DNA of 61,910 nucleotides, filler included, from Catajapyx aquilonaris (Eukaryota): NCBI GenBank assembly GCA_000934665.2. It is 2 parts of 2 records of this genome, joined end to end, with 100 filler letters (N's around TTAATTAATTAA, not from the genome) between each part and the next. Parts side by side here need not be neighbours in the genome. Positions count along the whole stretch, not along the records: positions 31,010 to 61,910 come from JYFJ02004611.1; 1 more part is not named here. One strand, 5' to 3'. Shown piece by piece: positions 51,504 to 61,910 of this stretch (position 1 is its first letter; each line of letters starts with the position of its first letter). The notes under the pieces were generated by a model. It saw only the letters and a program-made list of their open reading frames with translations, ran no database searches and was not told where the DNA came from. The position numbers and the translations under genes were made by a program.

Positions 51504-53323
51504 GATAAGGACTCTTCCCGCGAGTTGTCACATGCAGCAAATTGTGATGCAAATAAGTCTTCTTTTAAAAAGTTTGATCAAAAGTAGCATTGAGATGTTT
51601 TGGAGGGATATAATTATTATAATCGGAGGTGACATAATATTTTACTGCAATTGCAAAGTAATATGCATTAGCCTTGTTGCAATTTTCCAGTGTGCACCAT
51701 GGTTGCAATGCAGTTTTTTTTTTCAAACTGTAACGTTTTGAGAGAATGCATTTAATCGTTATAGAGTGAGATAATCACTCTTGATGTACACGTATGATTT
51801 GATGTAAGCCTAAACTGTTGTAGTGTATTTCTTATTATTATAGAGAATGTTATTAATTAACATGTAGTGTGTGAACATGAGTTAAACCGTCCCTCCCAGC
51901 AGTGTTCCTTCCGAGTAAATGTTTGGGACCAGTTGCCGAGTTTCTATGTTTAAGATGAACTAATGTATTTGGAGTAATGTAAGTCCTGTCCAATAAAGAT
52001 TTGTTTTAAATTATTTCCTCCTATTTGTTATTAGTTATTGTAGAAGTAACACAGTCATGCATGTCTTGTTTCAGAGATATATTTGCATGAGGCTACTAGG
52101 CAAAGACTGTAGACAAATCTTCATTTTTGTAGGTAATGATCGTACAGAGCTAAAGTGAACCTGCTCAGACTTACGTGCTGTGATCATTTACATAATGTTT
52201 AATCTACTTTTACCAATCATTTTAAAAGTATTCGGCCCAAACCCAACTTGGGAGGTTTTTTCCCCCTCGGCCAATCCTAAATTCCTGACTGTGTGAATCA
52301 CATCTTTACATCTCCGTCTTTACTATTTATTTCCTCAACTGATTAATGACATTGTTTTTGTCGGTTCATAAGTCACCTACTGATTGTACTCAAAACAAAG
52401 ACGTCAGTGTAAATAACCAGTGCATGTTATTCAATCATGGAGATAACGGAGGTATGCGATCAGGTGATTTATCTTGAAGCGTTTGCTGATGTCATGACTC
52501 ATTGGAGCGACCCTTTGTGATAATAATTAGTCTTTACAAGACAAGCGGTTTGGTTGCATCTTACCACAACCATGCAATTAGAAAACTGTTTAAATTAATT
52601 TATTTTATTTATTGTCACCCTGTGATCAAGCCTTGGACTTGTTTGGTGGGGAGAAACTTTAAATATATGCAAAAAGTTATGTAAGCATGAATCATTAGCT
52701 ATCGTTGAAGTCATCAAGTCGGATAAAAATATCCCGTATCCTCTCTGAATCAATGCATTTATCACTGAATTACACTCGTGACGATAATGATCTGAAGTGC
52801 GTGCGTACTTGTTCATTATCTAATTACACCTCAGTGAGGGTATGTAAACTGATGTGAACTTTTCAATATGAATCATTCTGATGGTAAATTAGGGACCAAA
52901 TATTCAGAAACTTAATCTTAAATGGGCAGCTTTAACTCATGTTACCTTAAACTTAAACAGACATTTACCCAACATCAAAATAATGTATTTGCCTCATATG
53001 ACTCAGAGAATATTCAGTTTGTCTTTTGACATGAAACAATTTGTAAAATGCGCTTTCCACTAAAGGATCTCTCTGAATTGCATTGTTATTAGTAATAATG
53101 AACAGGGAAATTAACATGGAAGAAAATCCTATCTGCAGTGACTCATTTACAAAAACACATTCAATCAATCGCAGCTAAAAATATGTGGAGAGGCCCAACC
53201 TTATGTCAATAAAAGATGGGTGCGGCCAATAGTTAGATAACTGCAAGATAAATAATGTGTCTAAAAGATGCGCCCAATGATACTCTCAAATTAGATCCAT
53301 TACACAACAATCGCAGTGCAATT

Positions 53324-53882
53324 ATGGCGAAACACTTACTTTTCCTGACACTTCTATGCTTTGCAGGTAATATCAGGCCTCTTATTTGGCAATTTAAATT
53401 ATGACATATTTACAATTATTTGCGGTTGTTTCAGTTTGTTTAGTGGACCATTCTGCAGCGTTTAAGATGCCTCCGTGTCTGATCAAGGTTCCCGTCCAGG
53501 CGGCTCACTTATTGTGGCAGACCAATGACATCGGAATTGAATGCCAGTAAGTACGCATACATTGCCAATATTACATTAATTAATATGAATAAACAAACTC
53601 TTTGGACAGAAGTGCGACCAAACTGCTGAAATGCCTGGACAGTTTCATCCTCGACAATTCCTTCCCGCAGTTTATGGTCAAGCCTTACAAGAGTCAGGCG
53701 GAGCACATCCGAAAGCAGCTGAACGTAAAGTTGGAGCATGTGCCAAGTAAATCGTGATTTGCTTAAGTACGTTTTAATTACAGGAGAAATGTGCACCTGA
53801 GACTTCCGCTGGTGTCCGACCCTCCTTTCTCTTCCGGATGCTTCTCTTTCCCATTGCAACTATCGTATGGCAACAGTTTTAA
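53324..53882 (+). CDS. small (122 aa) secreted, probably GPI-anchored protein of unknown family
   Basis: Exons 53324-53366, 53435-53546, 53610-53724 and 53784-53882 join in phases 1, 2, 0 into MAKHLLFLTLLCFAVCLVDHSAAFKMPPCLIKVPVQAAHLLWQTNDIGIECQSATKLLKCLDSFILDNSFPQFMVKPYKSQAEHIRKQLNEKCAPETSAGVRPSFLFRMLLFPIATIVWQQF*; AATAAA at ~53931. Confidence 0.75.
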
Positions 53883-56003
53883 GTATAAAATCAAATTGTG
53901 GCATACCGGTACTGTAAAGTACATGGCTGTAATAAATGAAATATGTACATATTATGTGCATGTGTTATTTTCTACATGATCCAACAATTGAAAAAGTCCG
54001 ATCAAACCCAAGTCGACAATAATTGTTCTACTTTCAGTACCCTAGTACGCGCATAACCTCAGCAATATGGGGAAATTGTGCAACGAACACCAACTTTGTC
54101 ACCAACTGTCTCCTCTGTCTTGTAGATGATCCTTCGGGGTTAAATATCATCCGAACGAAGGCATTGAGCTTAATCTAGGATTGTGATGAAGTTTCGTTCA
54201 TTTCCGGCCAGAATATGAATAATTTCGGCTATTGACTTGATAAACAAGATGGACAAATCACGCGAGAGTGATTAGAGTAGACTTTTTCATGTTTACTGCT
54301 GTTGTCCCCCAACGTCAGTCACGGGACTGGGAGGGGGGAAAGGGTGGTCTGGGGGAAGGGGAGGATAGAGTGAACCCGGAACTCGAAAATCGAAAAAAGT
54401 CTTATAGCACGGCTCTGTCTGTCTGTCTGTCTGATACCTGTCCACAGACTGCAATGCACTGAATTCAGTTTCTCCACCTTGCTGCTGTGATGAGACATTA
54501 ACACAATCATGTTGCAGCACTGGAAATGGGTGATGTACTCTTCTCTTCTTACCAGGGAGGTGAAAGTGATTGATATGCGCGACACAGTGATTGCCCAAAA
54601 TGTACCGTAATAAATTAAAACTATGGTCCAATGTCTAATGGTCGACACAGGATGTCCATAATTATTGGAACAGCAACATTTGTTTGGGTCCAGTAGTGGA
54701 CACCCCAGCTAAAACTTTATTTACATAAGATTGACCCAAAAGGACATCAAATTTTCCTCAAAATACCCGAAGTAACACTTCCACTTCCACTTATTCTTAT
54801 GCAAGGATTTACTTCCTGCGTGTCTCTTACCGAAACCACTAAGAACAGCACCATTTCAAGGCAAAATTGAAGCTGACGTGTGCACACGCTTTTCATTCTC
54901 TAAGTAGCCCGTGAATGGTACACAAGTTGCGATATGTCCACATGATGCCAGATTTCTCATTTCCACTCAATGTTGCCACATTCCCTTGTTATTTAGGATC
55001 AAAGACTCCGGAGTTCACCGCTGGCACAGCGTCGACCACTGGTGACACACCAAGCTTACATTGAACTTGATCCAAATGCAATTAAAGTACTTTTAAAAAG
55101 ACAACAGCTTCCGTTTATAAAACCTTTATTTAACATTATACACAGTACAATCATACAAATAAACCCTAATTAGTTTCCCAACACCACATCCCAAGTATCT
55201 ACTCTAGTGTACTTCGCTTCTTAAATCTCACGTCAAGGTCACTTCATCCCCACTCCTTTCACACGCATCTCTTTTCCATTCCCCAGTTTCTACAACACTC
55301 TTTCGACACAAAATACCACATCCTGCCTCTGTGGGTATCCCTCACTGTCTGCATATCCAAACTGCTTTTCAAGACTTAAAAGGCCCCAACTATTTTGCCT
55401 ACACTACACAACTAGTTCACAAATTAGGCAGCAAGATCCTTAATCAATGGCACAATGAGTTCCAAGTGGGTTGCAGAGTTAAGAGTAGTAGGCCTATCAC
55501 AATTCAGTTACTTTGTTGATATGGGGTGTGATTTACCCTAGTCTTTACCATTACCTCTTACTGGTCACTTATATATAAGGTTGGATAAATATGACGCGGG
55601 CCTTGTATATAGCCTCTACATGGACATCCGCAGTCTGCAGACAGTCGTCTCCACAAAGAAAAGGGGGCCTTACCAGATCTCTATCAGAGTAATCCCATGC
55701 CCCCACTGGCACACAGACCAGCATACATCGTCATCCCCTTTGCTGGACAACATTGGGGGATTCAAGGGGCAAGATTACTTAGCTTTGGGTCTATTCTACA
55801 TTGAATCCATTCGACTGGCAATAAACTCAGTTCCCCCATCTCCAGCCCTCCTGTTGTTTGGAATCCCTGACAGCTCACATCTAATGTGTACCTGTCTTTC
55901 CTTTGACTGCTTCCTTCCTCCTACTCCTCCATTCAGGATGCATCCAAAGCCTTTCATAAAACTGTCAGTCGCTAACATGGTGTTGATAGATAATGTGACT
56001 TAA

Positions 56004-56152
56004 GGCCATTTCACAAAAAAATGTCGCGCGGCAAACGGCGCGCGTTGCGGCAAATTTTTTATTTATATTTATTGTTGCCAATAATTAATAACAATTGGCG
56101 GGGCAGGTGATTGCCGCTTGCCGCTGCCGCAAAATCTTTTTGTGAAATGGCC
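56004..56152. mobile_element. MITE in 3' UTR of ZF-B
   Basis: TIRs GGCCATTTCACAAAAA / TTTTTGTGAAATGGCC flanked by TTAA; copy A has the empty site GTGACTAATGCA (~41619-41630). Confidence 0.88.
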
Positions 56153-56189
56153 TTAATGCAGGTATTCAGTGCCTGTGTGAATGGGGGCC

Positions 56190-59100
56190 TTACACAGCTT
56201 CAATAACTACGAGTACATGAACTTTTCCTCTGCAAGCATTCTCACAAGTGAGATGCTTTTTCAAACTGCTCGACTGACTGAACCTTTTCCTGCAAATCTG
56301 GCAACCATATGGCTTCTCCCCTGTGTGGGTTCTCATGTGTACATTCAAATTTCCTGATTGAAGAAACTTTCTCTCACAAACGTCGCAACTGAATGGCTTC
56401 TCCCCTGTGTGGGTTCTCATATGTCTATGAAAACTGTCTGACCGACTAAACTGTCTCTCACAAACCTCGCAACCATATGGCTTCTCCCCTGTGTGGGTTC
56501 TCATGTGTGCATTCAAATTTCCTGAATGAAGACACTTTCTCTCACAAACTTTGCAACTGAATGGCGTCTCCCCTGTGTGGGTTCTCATATGTCTATTCAA
56601 ACTTTCTGAATGACGAAACTTTCTCTCACAAAAGTCGCAACTGTATGGCTTCTCCCCAGAATGGATTCTCACGTGCCGCATCAACTTACTTGGGGAACTA
56701 AACTTCCTCTTGCAAATCTGACAACCATTACCCACAAAGAGTCTCCCTTTGTGCATGTCATGCTGGACTCCATTCCTCTTCTTCTTTCCAGAAGCTTTTC
56801 CCTGAAATTAATGACACTTAATAAATGGAGGTGTATTTGAAAAGAGAGCTTTGGACTCATATCCAAAGTAACTCTTCATACCCTCCTGAATTTTGATATT
56901 TTTTTGGATTTTTCTAATTCTGTTTGGGCTATAGTGTTGAGAAAACATCACCTGCTTATTTCCACGTTAGCAGGGTGAAAATCCAGCCAAAAGGCGATGT
57001 TCCGAAGCCACAACACCTGCATCCGGTCGCGAGTCGCCAGTCCCGGCTGTCCTGTCGCGGTCGGCTTTCACCGCGTCTGTAGCGCTCTCCGGTGCCGCGA
57101 AGGAGAAGGGTCATCTCGCACGCTTTGAAGTCGAAGGCTTCTGTTCGACTTCAAAGCGTGCGAGATTACCAATAGGATGGCCCTTCTCCTTCGAGGCACC
57201 AGAGAGCGCTATAGACGCGGTGAAAGGCGGCCCGAGCAGCCGGGACCGGAGACCCGCGACCGGATGCAGGTGTTGTGGCTTCGGAATATCGCATTTTGGA
57301 TGTATTTTCACCCTCTTAACGTGGAAATTAGCAGCGGAGGTGATGTTTTCTCAACACTATAGGCCAAGCAGAATTAGAAAATAAAAAAAAAAAAACGAAA
57401 TTCAGGAGGGTAAGAAGAGTTACTCTAGTTGTCAGTATGTTCGCCTAGAAATATTGCCGTACGTAGTTATTCAGGCAGTTCTATGTGAAGCAGCTCACCT
57501 TTTTTAAAATTTCATCATCAATTTTCATGTTTGGTATATGTCGTAGGTCTACTTATCAAAATGTATCTCTGTACCAACCAGTTAGATGCATGCTTACAGG
57601 GACAGACGATGTTGTCAATTCCATGTGCCAAGGATAATTAATTTGTAGATATGACCCATCCAGCCATCCAATACAGGGTGTTTCACTAGGTTGCAACTGT
57701 ATGATCACAGTTCATTGTAAAGCACCTCATACACACAATATCTAAAAAAAATATGCCATACTCCACATGGCTGGCACTAAATCCTTTCCCAACAAATTAC
57801 TGGCAGTAATTAAAGTTGATTAGATCTCAAGTGACATGAGTTACATCTGCCCTTTGCCCGAGAGATTTACCTGGAGACAACGTGGTTTTATGTGGTTTGC
57901 AACCTAACTCTGCCACCATTCACATACCGTATAACATAAAAATATATGCTAAACAAAGCAGTGAGACGCTACAGCTCTTCACTCACAGCAAAGAAGAGTC
58001 ACAATCTCCCAACAAGTGAGGGTTATTCTGTCGCTGGTCCTATTTCAATTGTTCAATGCAAGTCTTATACAGATAAAACAACATGTATGACCCTCTACCT
58101 GACTGGTTATTTCGTAATCCATGAGCTAGCCTGGTCAGGGGTACCTCACAACAGATTTATTATATTACCTGAAGCTGAGGAGTGATGTGCTTCTTCAGCA
58201 TGTGCCTTTCCAGGTCCCTCTTTGTGGCAAATGCACCGCTGCAATCATCACAGTACAGAAGCTGATACAGCAGGACGAAGGGTTCCAATACCTGCAATGA
58301 GAACATGAAAAGTGACTTGACATACGAGTAATATAATTATTTATTAATGAGCAACCAGTGTAGAATGTACCATGGGAGCCAAATGTATAGTCCAAAGTTG
58401 ATGGGTATATAGCCCCCTTCATCTGTGCAGAGTTCGGGGTCATCTCTGGCTTCGTCTCGGGTGGGATTTCCGCTAACTAATCACCCAGGGGAGTTCACAA
58501 AATGACCATAGCAATGACATTGGACCGCAGCTTGCACATCTCCTCCCAGTTACCTTGACCTCAGACCAGGGTGCTTCGCAGAAAGGTTCAGTTTGTACAG
58601 TGTACACTGTCTAATAACAAAGTTGGTTTATGTTGCTTAAAACTGCTGGTTTTTTAGATCACTTTTGGCACCCCAGTTTTCACCCCATTATGCGAACATG
58701 TCCAATCTGCTTTCTCACCTGCTCTTGCCTTCCTCCATCTCCACTCCCACCTGCTGCCTCTTCCTCCCTGGCTGGATCATGCCTCCCTCTGACCTCCTCT
58801 TCTGCTGCGCCATGGTCACTTATTATGTCCTGCCTGCTGTTGCCCTCCTCCTCCCCTGGCTCCTCCTTGATCCTCATGGGACCCCTTCCTTTCCAACATT
58901 CCTTGACCTTCTCCTCCTGCTTCTTGGTGAAACTGATTGTGGCCGGCTCCACTGGCTCCTCCTCGACCTTCACCTTGACTCTGTCCCACTTGGAGTGAGT
59001 GAAGCTGTGCGCCAACAGGTCAATCTTCCTCTTGAAGACCTTGTCTGGGCAGCATGGGCATTGGAATCTTCCCAATTTCATCATGCCCGTGGCTGATGGC

Positions 59101-60906
59101 ATGGGTGTCTCCTTTGTCCTGTTCTTCAACTGTTGATCTCCCTGGAAAAGAAAAGGCAATCCAGTGTCACACCAACCACAACCACAGCAGGTCCCACCCA
59201 ATGTGCAAGTGGGCTGGCCATATTCCAAATCTTCACCTGTACCTTATTGTAGTTAATATATTGTTATCACTGAATGAGCGGCCAAACAAGCCCCCGTTCA
59301 CCCCCTGCCTTTCTGTTTCTATATTGGCATATATCACAAGTGTACAAGGGTGTTTACGAAAATGTCTAAGAGAACATTGCAGGCATAATTTACGAGCCAT
59401 TGAAATAATTTTTTGAATGTCGATATTTTAGCATTAAAGAAATGAAAATTTTTGCTCTAATTAATTAATACGGTAATAATAATTGTGGGGGTAGTGCTTC
59501 ACCTTTCGGCGTTCGGCACGGACCTTTATTATTTGATCGTACATAGTGTACAAGTTGGAGCCATTGAGAAGCGCCCGGGCCCACGGGCAGGATGACAGGA
59601 GGGGATGTGCAAGTGCAGTGCATCTGACGTGGTGGCCATTTTTAGTGAACTCCCCCGGGTGGTTTAGTCTGTAGGAAATACCACCCGAGACGAAGCCAGA
59701 GGCGACCCCATTTTTGCTCTAAAGTGTGCTTTATATCGTATGCGATCATATGTTACCAGCAATGTACAAAATAATAAAGGCCTAAAGGCAAACTATAGAA
59801 TACTTCTGCCAGTGATGCTTGGGTCCTTCTTTGGGGGTGGCCAAGCGTGACAAGTGGCCAAAGGTCAATTCGGTGTGGTCACTTTGTGTTGCGTACCCAT
59901 TGTGTTTGTCATCTGTATGGCTTTGGGGTGACCGCACCAGTACTGTCTGTCTTGTGGCTCTGCCAGGCATGGTACGTCGTATTGCATTGTTGTTTTACTC
60001 AATTGTGAGCTTTATCGAGCTGGGCTCTTAAAAATTGTGGGTTGTGTATCCGCAACATTACTGCCCATCTTGTGGCACCGCAGGCCAACGAAAGTTATTG
60101 TGGCTTTACCAAGCACCAAGCTCGCGCTGATTCATCATTACTTGTGATCTCGCATTCAGTGGCTTTGTCATTTTGAACAATTTGGTGATGCAAGGAGGAT
60201 GCAATCTTACTTGGATCACCAACGCTAACGAGCAGACCGTTTAGTTGCTATAGGTGGCGCGCGGATTGTACACAACTTCGCAATTCGCCATAACCTGGCA
60301 ACAACAGAGCCACCTAACAACTAAAGTCAGCATGCCAGGTAGCGCGCATGTTGCCAGGTTATGGCGAATTGCGAAGTTGTGTACAATCTGCGTGCCACCC
60401 AGCAACTAAACGGTCCGCTCGTTAGCGCCGCCCGCGTTGCAAATCTGAGCGCACCCGTTCCTTGTCTATGAACCCCCTCTTAGATGGCGTTTCCGGACAC
60501 AGGTTCCTCGGTCAAATATGTTTGTCTCGGTTCCCCTCTATTACCCCTATAAGTTTGTGTCCACCGAATTCATTTACATCCTATTTGGTCTGGATTTATC
60601 ATTGATAACATTAGACCGCAGCACTTACAGGTTAGAGCTGGTTGTGCCACTAGAATGCAACTCGACATTTATTCTTGTGCAGATCCTTACGCACATTATT
60701 GTTAACTGAGCATGACCACTCTGCATTCTCACCTGGTTCCGCCTTCCTCCGTCGCTTCCACACCCTGCCTCCTCCTCCCTACGTGGTGGATGACCATTGT
60801 TGTCCTGGCTGCTGTTGCCCTCCTCCTCCTCTGGCTCCACCTTGACCATCATCCTGACTCCACGGGCACTTCTTCCTAAGGGTTCCGCTCTAACTCTTGG
60901 ATATGT
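56190..60906 (-). CDS. C2H2 zinc-finger protein ZF-B (two isolated fingers + 6-finger array)
   Basis: Phase-0 exons 60733-60906, 58719-59141, 58169-58291 and 56190-56801, matching ZF-A; start codon uncertain. Confidence 0.85.
56860..57431. mobile_element. 572-bp fold-back element in last intron of ZF-B
   Basis: Imperfect palindrome over its whole length, centred ~57145; apparent 3-bp TSD TCA; copy A has the empty site GGACTCAGTATG (~42407-42418). Confidence 0.85.
60223..60558 (-). mobile_element. truncated copy of the 30607 MITE family with internal palindrome
   Basis: Palindrome 60223-60427, followed by the reverse complement of ~30628-30740; absent from copy A. Confidence 0.75.
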
Positions 60907-61910
60907 CTGGAACAAGAAGAAGTGGATGAGAGACCAGTCTGATTCCCTCTATCTCTTCATGCCCCCCCTCCAACTCACCCTTTCCTCCAACTCCAACAAT
61001 GGCCCAACAATGATGAGTCCCCAGCCAGACCAAGCAACAATCCCTTCCAAACCAGGCAGCCACAACCGACATAGACAACCACCACTTCCTCCTTCCCATT
61101 CCAGTCGGACCAACACCCACATAGTTCCCCTTCCCTCCGCCGTGCGGCGCCACCGGTTGGCAATGGTTCTTCGTTATTAATAATTATTATTATTTAATTT
61201 ATGGCAAGCAGCCTTAATTTTTTTAAAAAAGGAATCAACTAAAAAGTCGAATAAAAAGTTGTCTTTTTAACCATAAGTTATGGACCATGTGGATTAGGGG
61301 GCACGGCAGTGCCCCCGCCAAAATTCGAGGTCATCAACAGCCTACGTGTACAGGGAACAATTCCCAATTTGTGTGGCGTATGCCATTACCATACAGAGGA
61401 CAGAGCCAAGGCCTGAGTCTCACTAATGCACTCATCGATAGCCTATGGGTCCCTCTGTCTTCTCGTGCGGTCAAGCCTACGTGGCTCTTTCCAGAGTTAA
61501 AAGTATCAATGGAGTGCATCTCATCAATGCCTCCTTTACTAACATCAAGGCTCAAGAGTCAGCTATTCTGGAGTACGATAGATTGTAGATAGATAAAACC
61601 GTAGTAGGGGGCTCCCCGAGCTTTCTTATAATTATCCTACACTCCTGCCTACAAAAAGGGGTGAGATCCCACCAAAAACCTTTCAGTAAAAAAAGGCCAA
61701 GTTCTCCTGACTGCTTGGCCGTCAAAAGTGGTGAGATCTGAAATATACGGCCAAGTTCAACGTCGTTGTCAATTACTGGCATTCTGAACTTCTTCAACCT
61801 AAACCACTAACTTTGTTTTTCCAGGTCGACCTTAAGTTTAATCATCGAAAGATTTTAATGGGATTTCTCTTGCTGGAACTTGGCCATTGCTCTTAAAACA
61901 TTGAAACAGT

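Larger units (their letters stand above)
54902..61141. repeat. segmental duplication copy B (paralogous to 40533-47081)
   Basis: Colinear with copy A, with different MITE insertions and indels. Confidence 0.95.

Overview
Eukaryotic, arthropod-like genomic DNA with many short (about 60-nt) GT-AG introns, split by a 100-nt assembly gap (30910-31009) that carries a six-frame-stop linker. Left of the gap are three conserved genes: VAP (+, first exon outside the window, two alternative transmembrane tails), NAE1/APP-BP1 (-) and, head-to-head with it, the first ~990 codons of Piezo (+), cut off at the gap. Right of the gap is a fast-evolving accessory region. It begins with an intronless, CpG-rich, frameshifted gene encoding an OTU protease domain followed by an NB-ARC/STAND P-loop that the ORF track misses; from memory it resembles Wolbachia/phage WO OTU-NB-ARC proteins. 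It continues with a tRNA-derived SINE, three paralogous multi-exon C2H2 zinc-finger genes (two in a ~6.3-kb segmental duplication with diverged DNA-contact residues), two F-box/LRR paralogues (one broken), a frameshifted acid-lipase gene and a 4-exon orphan gene for a small secreted, probably GPI-anchored protein. Many MITE/fold-back elements are present. All gene models were assembled by eye from translation and splice-phase consistency; no database searches were run.
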